From a virus (lineage: Duplodnaviria > Caudoviricetes): a stretch of 64,000 nt of DNA. Position 1 is the stretch's first letter. Each line of letters begins with the position of its first letter. The translations under genes were made by a program, and so were the position numbers. Shown here in pieces: positions 46,054 to 56,244 of the stretch. The DNA is taken from positions 13,313 through 77,312 of the IMG/VR virus record IMGVR_UViG_3300033074_001348; one strand, given 5' to 3'. The notes beneath the pieces were generated by a model, which did no database searches, was not told the origin of the DNA, and saw nothing but the letters and a program-made list of their open reading frames with translations.

Positions 46054-46209
46054 TTACCCTGCGAAACTATCCAGTAGTTTTTTAATCGCTGCATCTGCCT
46101 CCTTAAATTTATGTGTAGGCAGGCAATATGTTTTCTTGGTTGTGCCTTCGGGGTATTTTTTGGGTTTACCGCAAGTTGGGTGAACAAATTGGGTGTGTGC
46201 GGGTTTCAT
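46054..46209 (-). CDS. Small basic protein, 51 aa (not in the ORF track)
   Basis: MKPAHTQFVHPTCGKPKKYPEGTTKKTYCLP..., preceded by the CCCACCACTAAAA leader. Confidence 0.45.
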   Translation of the reverse strand: MKPAHTQFVHPTCGKPKKYPEGTTKKTYCLPTHKFKEADAAIKKLLDSFAG

Positions 46210-46230
46210 TTTATAGGTTTTAGTGGTGGG

Positions 46231-47790
46231 TTAAATACTAAATAATATCTCTGCGGTCTGGTGGTTTGCCGTCTGTCCTTTCCTTTCCTGCTTTTGCTTG
46301 GTCTTCTCAGGTAGCGGATAACCTTTTAATTTTGATACTCGTTGGTTAAACTTTGCCCAGATTTCTTCATCGGTGAACTCAAAGTGCATTGTTCCTTTTT
46401 TGTAGGCCCTTACCTTAAAGAATGCCCAATTAAAAGGCTCTCCGTAAATTGGCCGTCCTGTCTCGGTTGTGTGTGGGATTCCTTTTTTTTGAAGTTCTGC
46501 CGATCTGCTAAACATTCCATTATAATGAATATCACTACTAAAATACTCTACACCATTTGCAGTATATAAACGGTGTTCATAGCGGCAATGATTAGCTAAA
46601 CTGCCATACTTTTCCCAACTATCACCAGTTAAGTAACAGATAGCTTTTACCATGTCTTCCATAAAATTCCAGTTATTACCGTATGTATTACAAAGGTGCG
46701 CACCTGAATGGTAGCGGTCAATCTCGCACATTCTTGGTATTATAAATTTACGATTTAACAGGTACATACTATTGGTTTTCCATCCTTCTAAATTCATACG
46801 GTTTTCGTCTGCGTGGCTGGTAACTTTATCAAACACTGAAACGATTGCTTTATCCATTCGCTGCTCGGTTGTTCCCACAATAATTTGTAGCATGTTGTAG
46901 ATATTATGCATGGTAAACGGTATTTTTACCTGCGTTTCAATAAACTTGTTGAGGTCTTCTCTCAGGCTTTGCGTAGCTGTTCGCTCTAAGTCCATCTTTT
47001 TAAATATAAACTCCCATCCTGCTTTCTGCATCTCTTTTTTAAACTCGTTACGGGTCAATTCCTTTTTATCGGATTTTATAGTCATTCCGGCTTTGCAATG
47101 AAAGAAACCTGAAGTAATATTTTCCAGTTCGATTGCCGTATCGAGCTGCTTGTCGTAAATCTTTACGGCTGCTACATATCTGTTTACCAAGTCACGCACA
47201 GCATTGTAGCTCATTATTCCGTAGCTTCCTGCCTCTTGCGGCTCTTCATCCATCAGGAAACCGGAAAACTCTTCTTCTCTGCTTTCGCCCTGCTTTTTTA
47301 TACGAATTAGAGCTACTTCAACAAAGGTGTGCCGTTCACTCTCGGCAAAGCATTTTCCAAGCTCCTCAAAACTTCCATACATATCAACTATTGAGCGTAG
47401 CTCCTCACGCTGTTTAGTATAGGTATTTTTTACGGTGCTAAGGTTACAAAGTGCTATAATGTCACATCCTGCTGGCGCAATGTTGTAGGCGTGTAAAATA
47501 TGCTTTTCGTCTGCGTTAAATGGCGGATTCATAACAATAAATTGCACATGGCTGATTTGATCGGACGTAACTGTGAAAAAATCGTCTGCAATTATTTTGC
47601 AGGGTATTAATTTCTGCAACTGCGTGTCAATTTCGCAGGCGTTCACGTTTGCCCCTGCCGATTGCAAGGCTCGGACTATATCACCCTTGCCTGCTGATGG
47701 TTCTAAAACATTGCAACCCTCTAAATGTATGCCCGCTAACATTTGACTGATTACGTCGGCTGGCGTTGGGTAAAATTGACTGTTAAACAT
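46231..47790 (-). CDS. SAM-dependent DNA methyltransferase with DUF4942-like C-terminus
   Basis: LEPSAGKG and MNPPF motifs; C-terminal AYKKGTMHFEF. Confidence 0.8.
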   Translation of the reverse strand: MFNSQFYPTPADVISQMLAGIHLEGCNVLEPSAGKGDIVRALQSAGANVNACEIDTQLQKLIPCKIIADDFFTVTSDQISHVQFIVMNPPFNADEKHILHAYNIAPAGCDIIALCNLSTVKNTYTKQREELRSIVDMYGSFEELGKCFAESERHTFVEVALIRIKKQGESREEEFSGFLMDEEPQEAGSYGIMSYNAVRDLVNRYVAAVKIYDKQLDTAIELENITSGFFHCKAGMTIKSDKKELTRNEFKKEMQKAGWEFIFKKMDLERTATQSLREDLNKFIETQVKIPFTMHNIYNMLQIIVGTTEQRMDKAIVSVFDKVTSHADENRMNLEGWKTNSMYLLNRKFIIPRMCEIDRYHSGAHLCNTYGNNWNFMEDMVKAICYLTGDSWEKYGSLANHCRYEHRLYTANGVEYFSSDIHYNGMFSRSAELQKKGIPHTTETGRPIYGEPFNWAFFKVRAYKKGTMHFEFTDEEIWAKFNQRVSKLKGYPLPEKTKQKQERKGQTANHQTAEILFSI

Positions 47791-48910
47791 TGGCGGCTTC
47801 TCCTTTCTGTATTTTTACTATTTGCATGGTACAGGGTTGTAACTGTCCGTAAATTTGTAAATCTGTTTCTTCAAAGAAGTTCATACACTGTTTTACTTCT
47901 TCCCTTAACCTATCCTTTATAGTCTCCTGTGCTTGTTTAATTTCTTTCAATAGATCAATAACTTGCTGCTGATTTGTTATTGGAAATATCCAACCTGCAC
48001 CGCATGACAATCGAAAATTAAATTTCCCTCCAAGTGCTTTCAACTGTTCTTTTATTTCTCTGGTGCCCTCGCCTATTACCGCTATTGATTTATCGCTGTA
48101 TTTTATCACGGCAATAGTTTGACCTTCTTTGAGTGTGGGCGCTGCTGGTCGTTCTATGGTTTCGATTGGGCTTTCCTTCGGTTCAAATGTCAATACCTCA
48201 TCCCCGTCTATTATCTCAACTGCTTTAAGTGTTGCTCCTGCTGGTATGGTTGCGGCTGCAAATATTTGGTAGGCTCTGCGCTCAATTTCGTATTGTTGTA
48301 ACTGATCACCCCACCTTGCTGTTAATTGGTTAGTAATAAATTCCCGTGTTTTGTCGCTCATTGTTCTTCGCTCCTGCACATATTTAACCTGTGGTATGTC
48401 GTCCCGGCTGTTTGAGTAGTCATAAGAATCTGTCATGCCGTCAAAGTGTCCGTATTGGTACGCTCCGGAAATGTTTTCAACCATTGAAGTGGTCGGGCCG
48501 TCTGTCCATTCTACATGAACACTATTTCCCCCTGAATATGAATTTGAAGTAACCGAAAATTTAACATCTGGAAACGCTGCTTTTAATTTCTCCCTGATTT
48601 GCTGCGCTGCGTGTGCGTGTGAACTTTTATGTCCTTTGTTGCGTTCTTTCTGTTCGGCTTTCCATACTTCGAAGCGGTCTGTATTTGCTTTGTGCGTGTC
48701 CATGTCTTCCATCAGCCTTTCAATTGTCCTGTATCTAACAAAGTGGTAATGATTGGCGGCATTGCCTTTGAATGCCTTTAAAATTAGCTCATTGGGGTGG
48801 TGAAAAAATACCCGATCTTTGTAATCGGTTCGGATATATCCTGAATTTACAAGGGCTGTGAACTGATAGTCACGTGACTGGTTGCGCTGTTCTTTAGTTA
48901 ATAGTCTCAT
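47783..48910 (-). CDS. LPD29-like domain protein
   Basis: IREKLKAAFPDVKFSVTS...WTDGPT...GHFDGMTDSY, and YSDKSIAVIG...LKALGGKFN. Confidence 0.65.
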   Translation of the reverse strand: MRLLTKEQRNQSRDYQFTALVNSGYIRTDYKDRVFFHHPNELILKAFKGNAANHYHFVRYRTIERLMEDMDTHKANTDRFEVWKAEQKERNKGHKSSHAHAAQQIREKLKAAFPDVKFSVTSNSYSGGNSVHVEWTDGPTTSMVENISGAYQYGHFDGMTDSYDYSNSRDDIPQVKYVQERRTMSDKTREFITNQLTARWGDQLQQYEIERRAYQIFAAATIPAGATLKAVEIIDGDEVLTFEPKESPIETIERPAAPTLKEGQTIAVIKYSDKSIAVIGEGTREIKEQLKALGGKFNFRLSCGAGWIFPITNQQQVIDLLKEIKQAQETIKDRLREEVKQCMNFFEETDLQIYGQLQPCTMQIVKIQKGEAANV

Positions 48911-48980
48911 TTGGTCGTTACGTTTAAGTTAATACCGTATCACATGATACGGTTTCGGGCTATTTGCCTTCATCAGTTAA

Positions 48981-49631
48981 CTATTGGTTATCTCCCCACA
49001 ATTTAACAGCGTTTTTCAGTAGCTTTTCAAGTTCATTAACTTCCTTTTTAGCGTAGGTAAGTGAGAAGGAGTGCGAACGCTCAACTTTTCCGGTCTTTAA
49101 GTCTTCGTGCTTTTGCTTTGCCTGTTGTAATTTGTATTCGTAGTATTCAATACATTCAGGCATTGACAAGTTTATAATGGTTGTGCGGTCTTCCCAGTAA
49201 TCGGCCTTACTCTTTATTTGTTCCGCCTTGCGCTGAAATTGCATCGCTTTATCCATGCGGTTGTGATTGCGTTCTATTAATGCTCTATGTCTTTTCTCGC
49301 TGTGATGTCCTATTTTAATAGGTTCACCCAGTACTAAAAAGTCACGGCCTTCATGTGATGCTTTCCAATAATTATCGCTTTTCTTCTCTGCGTTTTGTGC
49401 TGCGTTTTCAATTCGCTCTAACTTTCTTTTAGCGTGTTCCTGTGCATTGAAACCGTCTGCCCTAACAATGGAATAAAAATAATGTCCGTCTTTTGTGCCG
49501 ATATAATTAAACACTATGCAGTCGTTTTCTTTTCCGTATTTTGTTGTTACCGGAATAATTGCGCCTTTTTCGTGCTTTTCTGTACATTTTGCCAAAAATA
49601 CATTTGGCAGGTATTTGTGATAAGTGTTCAT
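48981..49631 (-). CDS. DUF3560-like protein
   Basis: GEPIKIGHHSEKRHRA motif. Confidence 0.7.
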   Translation of the reverse strand: MNTYHKYLPNVFLAKCTEKHEKGAIIPVTTKYGKENDCIVFNYIGTKDGHYFYSIVRADGFNAQEHAKRKLERIENAAQNAEKKSDNYWKASHEGRDFLVLGEPIKIGHHSEKRHRALIERNHNRMDKAMQFQRKAEQIKSKADYWEDRTTIINLSMPECIEYYEYKLQQAKQKHEDLKTGKVERSHSFSLTYAKKEVNELEKLLKNAVKLWGDNQ

Positions 49632-49664
49632 AGTTGTATTTTTTTAGTGGTTTAAATATTGTTT

Positions 49665-49964
49665 TTAAAATTCGGTTTCGTTGTCAAAAAATTCAAGTTC
49701 TGATAAGTCGCTTAATAATTCCATGCCATCAGTATGGTATGGACTATATTCACACTGGTAATATTTTACTCCTCCATACTCGATATAATTGGCATCTTTT
49801 CCGGTTGCCTCTTTATAAAATTCTTTGGAGTAATTTTCTTTAATGTGCTTTTTAGTAAAATACTGCGTACAATCTACTGTATGAAATTGTCCAGAGAAGT
49901 GCGGCCTTAATATTTCATCACCATTGAAATAAAGTGCGCCTTTGATAATTGTTTTGGTTTCCAT
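49665..49964 (-). CDS. Hypothetical early protein
   Basis: ORF preceded by the repeated leader motif. Confidence 0.5.
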   Translation of the reverse strand: METKTIIKGALYFNGDEILRPHFSGQFHTVDCTQYFTKKHIKENYSKEFYKEATGKDANYIEYGGVKYYQCEYSPYHTDGMELLSDLSELEFFDNETEF

Positions 49965-50226
49965 GTTTTTAGTGGATTAAATATTGTTTGTTGTTTGTTT
50001 ATTTTTATAATGGTTTAACTTGTTTGTTATGAATACAATTCTAATGATAATCCCCCGGCAATAATTAAATGAATCGTGCCGCCGCCATTTCTTGGGCTGC
50101 GATAAATGCTCGCATTGTACGCACGTTTTCCATACAATTCCTTAAATGCATCTCTAAGCATTTTGTCAGTTATTTTGTCTGTTTTCATGTCGTTGTTTTT
50201 TAGTTGTTATATTGTTTTTTGGGTGT

Positions 50227-50706
50227 TTAGGATAATTTATTGACTAATAATTTAGCCGATCTTAATGACTTGTGATTGCTATATAGTTCATTGTCTTTCA
50301 TTACACTGTGGGTATATTCCGGTGTTAAGTGGGTACATTGAACGATGCTAAAATGTGCGTTATGATAATTTGGCAGCTGAAACAAAACATATCCTGTTGC
50401 AATATCTTTTATCTTTACTATGCAGTTGTCTAAAAGTGCCGGCCCGCCTAAACTTCCTTTACTGCGAATAAGTATAGGGATTTTAAAGGTTCCGCCGTAG
50501 CTTCTCCCAATTCTTCCGATTGTGTCGTGTTCTTCGTTCCAATCCTTTCCGGTTTTGGTATCTCCTAAATATATTTTTAGTCTTCTTTGGCTTTTAATTG
50601 CCTCGTCCAATATTCTGCATACTTCATCATTTGTATCAATGTGAAACGCCGTTCCGTTATCTGATACCTTGTATTGTTTTCCGTTTAATTGCGTTATTGT
50701 TTGCAT
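50227..50706 (-). CDS. Conserved phage hypothetical protein (159 aa)
   Basis: GDTKTGKDWNEE...GRIGRS...LLDNCIV. Confidence 0.55.
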   Translation of the reverse strand: MQTITQLNGKQYKVSDNGTAFHIDTNDEVCRILDEAIKSQRRLKIYLGDTKTGKDWNEEHDTIGRIGRSYGGTFKIPILIRSKGSLGGPALLDNCIVKIKDIATGYVLFQLPNYHNAHFSIVQCTHLTPEYTHSVMKDNELYSNHKSLRSAKLLVNKLS

Positions 50707-50748
50707 GGTCTGTTTTGTTTTTATATTATTTTTTTGGGTGGGTGGTGG

Positions 50749-51162
50749 CTACTGCGGAAATACTGGTAAGTTAATGCGTGGTGTGTCGGTAGTTATAATT
50801 CTATAGCCATAAAAGGAGTGTTTCGATTCAATTATATTAACATCTAATTTTTGGCTTTTAAAATAGTTGATAAGAGATTCCAATTCCTTTTGTTGTTTGA
50901 TTGGTAGTGAATAGGGATGCGGTGCTGTTTCTTGGTGGTTTAAACAGTCGATACATTCTTGAATATATAAAAGGATATTTTCTTTTATAATGATGCCGGA
51001 AGATGCGAATTGGTATAATGCACTCCATTGTCCGCCGTGCCAATTGGATGCTATTTGCTGCGCTCTTGTTTGTGTGATTATTTTCATGTGTCTGTTATGT
51101 ATTTGTTTGTGCGTGGTTAGTGGTGGGTGGTTAATATCTGATAAATCGCTCGTATGTTCCAA
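50749..51162 (-). CDS. Hypothetical early protein
   Basis: Contains WHGGQWSALYQFASSG; the real start is probably MKIITQ. Confidence 0.5.
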   Translation of the reverse strand: MEHTSDLSDINHPPLTTHKQIHNRHMKIITQTRAQQIASNWHGGQWSALYQFASSGIIIKENILLYIQECIDCLNHQETAPHPYSLPIKQQKELESLINYFKSQKLDVNIIESKHSFYGYRIITTDTPRINLPVFPQ

Positions 51163-51343
51163 TTGAATGCTCAGAGTATTGGCAATCGTTTTCTTTACAG
51201 AATCTTATTGCCTCTTTTAACGAGGTTGTTACCTTACGGGTTTCAAGTTCAAAATCATAGCAAACAAATACGGGTTTTGTCTTGTTGATTTCGTTGTATG
51301 GGCATGGGTAGATGTCCGCTTTCTGTTCTATTGTGTTTGTCAT
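51131..51343 (-). CDS. Hypothetical early protein
   Basis: Preceded by the leader motif. Confidence 0.45.
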   Translation of the reverse strand: MTNTIEQKADIYPCPYNEINKTKPVFVCYDFELETRKVTTSLKEAIRFCKENDCQYSEHSIGTYERFIRY

Positions 51344-51370
51344 TGGTCTGTTGTTTTAGTGGTGGGTGTG

Positions 51371-51601
51371 CTAAATCTTTACAGTTTGTTTGAAGTCTGG
51401 CGGTGTGAATAAGTCAATAACAGTTATTCTCACTCTGTCATACCCGTTTTTAGCTGCCCAGTCTTCGCCTTTGGTTTTTAATTCCTCTAAGTTAGTGTAA
51501 CCTTTGCAGGCATATAGCACCTCTTCCATGTGGTTAGGTTGCCCGATCTTACAGGCATAAAGAAGGGTTTCGGTGGTGGTGGTTTGTGGCATGGTTTTCA
51601 T
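51371..51601 (-). CDS. Hypothetical early protein
   Basis: Preceded by the leader motif. Confidence 0.45.
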   Translation of the reverse strand: MKTMPQTTTTETLLYACKIGQPNHMEEVLYACKGYTNLEELKTKGEDWAAKNGYDRVRITVIDLFTPPDFKQTVKI

Positions 51602-51628
51602 TTGGTCTGTTGTTTTTTAGTTGTTAAT

Positions 51629-51856
51629 TTATTGCCATATAAAGTCTTCGCAAATTTCGTATGTCTCACCGAATTGATCTTTAACAATCAGGTCGGTTTT
51701 GATTTGCCTAAACTCCTCGTGCGTTCCGGCAATCGATACGATGGTTAATGTACTCATAACTTGCTGCCCTTTATCATTCAGGTGCATAACAAGGTTTGAA
51801 CGTGCTGGAATTTCTGTGTTCCATTTACTGCCGGTGGTGGTTGTTAAGATTGCCAT
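51629..51856 (-). CDS. Hypothetical early protein
   Basis: Preceded by the leader motif. Confidence 0.45.
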   Translation of the reverse strand: MAILTTTTGSKWNTEIPARSNLVMHLNDKGQQVMSTLTIVSIAGTHEEFRQIKTDLIVKDQFGETYEICEDFIWQ

Positions 51857-52045
51857 GTCGTTATATGTTTAATTGTTCCCTGCAATATTACGCACGTTGT
51901 CGCACATATTGTACACAATATTGATAATTTTTTGTGCCTGTGCGACAATGGTTTATGCCGTAAACTAAAAATAAATGGGGATTTTGGTGGGTTTTGGCGG
52001 CGTAAAAATGGCCTACAACGGCTTTTGGCTGCTGTGTTCCGGCTC

Positions 52046-52444
52046 TTACTTCTTCGGTGTATAATGCAGTATTTTAGGCACAACGATTCCCTTATCTAAT
52101 AACTTAGGCAAATTAGGGTCTAATAGCCGGTAAACTGGAACACCTGTCAGTCTACTATATGTACCTAACCATAAATAGGAAGGGAAGCGAAGCACCTGAT
52201 CTCTGAAAAAACCCTGACGGCTTACTATTACTCCTTCGCTTTTTGCTATACTCCAAAACTTAGTACATGATATGCCGACATGATCTAATACGGCTCTTAC
52301 ATTCTTTTTAAACAGGTGTAAGTCCGGCTTTGAGTACTCACAGTTAGCCAACCACTTGTCAGAATATTCGGAAACTATAACTTTTTTTTTAGGCTTGTCT
52401 AACTTATGAACGGTGTTGTTGGGTAGTTCTTTGTTCTCTCTCAT
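52046..52444 (-). CDS. Hypothetical protein (132 aa)
   Basis: A TAACTTTG box (52449-52456, minus) lies immediately upstream. Confidence 0.5.
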   Translation of the reverse strand: MRENKELPNNTVHKLDKPKKKVIVSEYSDKWLANCEYSKPDLHLFKKNVRAVLDHVGISCTKFWSIAKSEGVIVSRQGFFRDQVLRFPSYLWLGTYSRLTGVPVYRLLDPNLPKLLDKGIVVPKILHYTPKK

Positions 52445-52879
52445 ACCACAAAGTTAAAACAAAAGTGGTAACAAATTAGTTACCAGTCATCCAATCCCCA
52501 CCTTTTTCCTGCCTCTTCCCTCTTATCCCACCTCTACAACGGTCGTTCCTGTGTTGGGATAAACCTGAATACCGGATTGATCTTCAAGGTTTTAGAATAG
52601 TTTGCGGAACGGAACGCACAAAGATAGTAAAGATTAGCAGCATAATGCAAGACCGGAGGGGGGTAGTTTTTTTCTTGGGCGCAAATTTAAAACTTAGGTA
52701 TAGCTCTCCACCCGTACACAATTTAAACGAGATGGGGAGGGGTATTTTAGGTAAGGGATGGGGTATTTTAGGTTACTTACTACACCTTAGCCAGTACTCA
52801 TGCACCACTTGCTCATAGTTATCGGTACTTGATGCTTTAAGGAGTCTCAGAGCTTCTTTTATTGAGAATCTGACGGAAT

Positions 52880-53130
52880 ATCGAGGTTTACACTATTTAC
52901 ACTTCATTTACACTCTATTTACATCTATTATATTATATATTAATATATTATATAAATGTAAATAATGTAAATAGAGTTTTAATAATTCCCAGAAAGTTTA
53001 TTAATTTTTTAAAATTTTTTCCCCAGAAGTTTCTATGAATTTCCGTTTACACCATTTACACCATTTACATTGCTCATATTCAATTACTTATCTGTTTTTC
53101 GACCATTTACACCATTTACACTACTACTAA
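52880..53130. other. Putative replication origin (TTTACA iterons around an AT-rich palindromic core)
   Basis: About 9 TTTACA copies, an inverted CTCTATTTACAT/ATGTAAATAGAG pair, and a pure-AT tract; next to the primase-helicase gene. Confidence 0.55.
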
Positions 53131-53182
53131 CTGATTATCAATAGGTTAATTTTCTGTGTGTCTTATAATACAATAAAATGGC

Positions 53183-54772
53183 TTAAAATGGGGGTTCATC
53201 CACAAAAAGTTCATCATCTTTTAAAAATAGATCACGAGGGATAACAAAGTACTTACCGACCACTGTTCCGGGCATATCGGCATTGAACGGACGGTAGCGG
53301 GAATTGGGGCTTGGAGTAAGTTTGAACTCATCTCGGAGTACCTTATGGATGTAACTGGCAGATATATTATGCTCCGAGGCAAAGAATTTCTTTTTGATGT
53401 CGGTAGGTGTACAGTGGAACTCGGTGTAAGAAGTCCATTCATTGAACAGGTTGGTGAAAGCAATGGATAGTTCTTTGTAAAGCGTACTGCGGGACTCTTC
53501 TTTGACCTGATCGAGGTATTGGTTGGCTATTTGATCGACTGTGAATACCATGCGGGAGCGGCTTCTATCGGGCATAGCAACTGAATCAAGTAAGTAGCGT
53601 AGGAAGTAGGGTATCTCTCGACTGAGTTTATCTTCGATTTGGGCATCTTTTTTCTTTATGGACTCTATTTTGCGCACCCAAAATCTGATTTCTTCGTCGT
53701 CAATTCTCATGAAGTCCCGCTCTTTGTTGGTGCAGACAATGATTTTGGCGAAAAAAGGTAGCATATAATTAGCGACGTACTTTTGGTTAACGGAGATGGT
53801 TTTGGCAGTGGCTAAGGACTTGAGTTTTTCTACCGTAGAGGTCTTGTCGATAACGGTCTCGTCGATGGAGATGATATTCTTGTTAGCGTACTGTGAGTTG
53901 AAATCTTTGGAGATGTCTTCGGGGTGGATAAGTATGTAGTTGTCACCGAAAATCATGTTGATCCAGTTGATGAAGGTAGTCTTGCCTGTCTCCCTCTCGT
54001 TACTGACAAGGGCGAGAACGGGCAAGGCTTGCCGAGGCAGTTCGTAGAGTATCTTCATGTACTGAAGACCAATATCTATTTGATCGCCAAAAATATGCTG
54101 CATTAAATCAAGGGATGCGGGGATGTCCTCGGGGGATACAGGTTCGGGGTGAGGTTTGTGTGAGAACTGGGAATAGAGGTTGTAATACCCATCTACCACA
54201 GGCTCGTAGTTGCGGTTATTGGGGGAGATGCAAAAATCATCAAAGATGGGTATGGATGTGAGGATCGAATGCCCATGATCTTGGGTAATGGTCTCCTTTT
54301 TCCACGATTTTAGGTTTTTGCGGACAATGTGGTAGCGGTCGGGTTTTAAAACTACCTTAAAGTAGTCCGTACCGACTCTGATATATGGGATTTCCCCTTT
54401 TAGGTACTTAAATTCAATATCGCTAATGCACGCCCTTGTGTTGCCTTTGTATTTTAGCTGACAAAGAACAGTGAATTTGGAGAGAGGCCGTACTGCGGGG
54501 AGTTTAGATAATGCTCCATCGGGCAAAGTTATGTGTGTATCTGTGATCTCGATTGGTGGTGAGGTTGTGCCGCCTTTGAGTGAAAAAATGGGAGTGGATT
54601 GATCTATGCCGGAGTCAAAAGTAACGGTTTTATCACCCGAGAGTACGTGCTCCCAACTCATGTGGTAGAGCGCATATTCCACCGCATTCATGTATTTGTC
54701 TTTGGCGGGATCAAAGAAGGCGGAGGTTGGTAGAATAGATTCAGTGCTGACAGTAGCTGACTTTTTACTCAT
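53183..54772 (-). CDS. Primase-associated SF3-like helicase (D5/DUF5906-like)
   Basis: Walker A ERETGKTT, Walker B ISIDE, and DDEEIRFWV. Confidence 0.75.
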   Translation of the reverse strand: MSKKSATVSTESILPTSAFFDPAKDKYMNAVEYALYHMSWEHVLSGDKTVTFDSGIDQSTPIFSLKGGTTSPPIEITDTHITLPDGALSKLPAVRPLSKFTVLCQLKYKGNTRACISDIEFKYLKGEIPYIRVGTDYFKVVLKPDRYHIVRKNLKSWKKETITQDHGHSILTSIPIFDDFCISPNNRNYEPVVDGYYNLYSQFSHKPHPEPVSPEDIPASLDLMQHIFGDQIDIGLQYMKILYELPRQALPVLALVSNERETGKTTFINWINMIFGDNYILIHPEDISKDFNSQYANKNIISIDETVIDKTSTVEKLKSLATAKTISVNQKYVANYMLPFFAKIIVCTNKERDFMRIDDEEIRFWVRKIESIKKKDAQIEDKLSREIPYFLRYLLDSVAMPDRSRSRMVFTVDQIANQYLDQVKEESRSTLYKELSIAFTNLFNEWTSYTEFHCTPTDIKKKFFASEHNISASYIHKVLRDEFKLTPSPNSRYRPFNADMPGTVVGKYFVIPRDLFLKDDELFVDEPPF

Positions 54773-54816
54773 AAGTTTAAGAGTTGGTTAAAGGTTGGTA
54801 AAAGCTGAGGCGTAAG

Positions 54817-55749
54817 CTATCTGGGTTCTTCTGTAAATGGTGGCTGAAAGGAATTAAGGTACAATGGCGAACCCATCCCTTTAGAAATCATCTCTTTAGC
54901 AGTTTTAATATAAACATCTGGCTTTTGTGATAAGTAGGCATTGGAATGGATAAGCGAAATGATAAATTCTTCTGCTTGAGAAGCCATCAAATAGTTTGCT
55001 GCCACAAATCCGCCAAGTGTATAAGCGGCTGCACGAAGCTGTGGGTGTCCGTTATCAACAATAGCGTCAATACACTTACGGACAATATTAAATGATTTGG
55101 TAGTTAAAACTGGTGTTTGATCGTATTTGTATTGCGGTATATTGGGAGCTATTAGCGGCATATATTTCTCTTGCCACCACCAAGCATTTTCTCTATACCT
55201 CAAAAGTGGATCATAGCTAAGAAAAAGAGGGAGCACCGGGTTTTGCGGAGCAAGATCAAACCCAATATATTGCCGCATTTCGTTTGTGCTAAGTGCATGG
55301 TAATAAGCCTTATACTCATTAACAGTCTTGCATTGCGGAATACGAACTAAAGCCCTAACTCCTCGAGCCGACGGGGAAAGCCAAGCTGCTATAATAAAAT
55401 CATAGGTTTCAAAAAGGTAGTTTTTTAGGTCTTTGGCAGTACCGACTGAAGGTAGGTGGTCAAAATCAAGTGGCATAAGTCCGGTAAATTCGGTTATATC
55501 CATATACCGTCTACGTCCAGTAATACGAACTGCGGGGGTGAAAGAAAAAAGGGAAGTCTTTAGTTGCGCCTTCAGCCCCATGTCGCCATCCATCTCAGCC
55601 TGAGCAATTTGAGCAAAAATTGACTTGATGTAGGGCTTGGGCTTGGAGATAGCACGAAGAAATTGGGAAAGTGTTACCTCGCCAAGTGGCTTAGAGCGTT
55701 TGATGTCCGCATCATAATACGGGAAGGAGATACTGTCGAAAGTGTTCAT
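54817..55749 (-). CDS. BT4734/VirE-N-like primase-polymerase domain protein
   Basis: TGLMPLDFDHL and WLSPSARGVRALV. Confidence 0.7.
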   Translation of the reverse strand: MNTFDSISFPYYDADIKRSKPLGEVTLSQFLRAISKPKPYIKSIFAQIAQAEMDGDMGLKAQLKTSLFSFTPAVRITGRRRYMDITEFTGLMPLDFDHLPSVGTAKDLKNYLFETYDFIIAAWLSPSARGVRALVRIPQCKTVNEYKAYYHALSTNEMRQYIGFDLAPQNPVLPLFLSYDPLLRYRENAWWWQEKYMPLIAPNIPQYKYDQTPVLTTKSFNIVRKCIDAIVDNGHPQLRAAAYTLGGFVAANYLMASQAEEFIISLIHSNAYLSQKPDVYIKTAKEMISKGMGSPLYLNSFQPPFTEEPR

Positions 55750-55956
55750 GCTGAGTAAAATAAGAAACCCTCACCCATATACAGTTGCCGTCCAATCTCA
55801 AAGCAAGCCTCGGTATTAGAACTGTATAGGGTAAGGGTGGGTAAATTTCTTTGCTGCGTAGGCATGAACGTAAAAGATTGGTAACGGCAGGGCAAATATA
55901 AAAGGCGAAAAGGGGATTTCCTAATCCCGGCTAAAATAAAGTTTTGGAAGGAGGGA

Positions 55957-56244
55957 CTAAAACTCCACCCTCCCAAATATCCGTATCCACCTGCCAAAAG
56001 TATTGTCAATATACTTCCCGGTGTCGTCAATATTTACAAAGTGAATGATGGGTCGCATTTCTTCTAAGTAAAAGCACATGGCAATTTTCTGATGGCCGTC
56101 ATTAAGCGCATCATGCACGGTGTTCATCTGACACATATAATTCCAACGACAAACACCTGCTGTTACGGTGATTTTTGGCATCGTTGCTAAGATGTGGTTG
56201 GTGATGATGGAGTAGGCGAGTTTACAAATTATTATACTTTTCAA
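55957..56244 (-). CDS. Hypothetical protein
   Basis: ORF downstream of the methyltransferase. Confidence 0.4.
   Translation of the reverse strand: MKSIIICKLAYSIITNHILATMPKITVTAGVCRWNYMCQMNTVHDALNDGHQKIAMCFYLEEMRPIIHFVNIDDTGKYIDNTFGRWIRIFGRVEF

Noticed and set aside
48934-48953. Perfect palindrome ACCGTATCA-CA-TGATACGGT
   Set aside because: It is a single copy without AAC/GTT cores; it could be an operator or terminator, but support is too weak to call.
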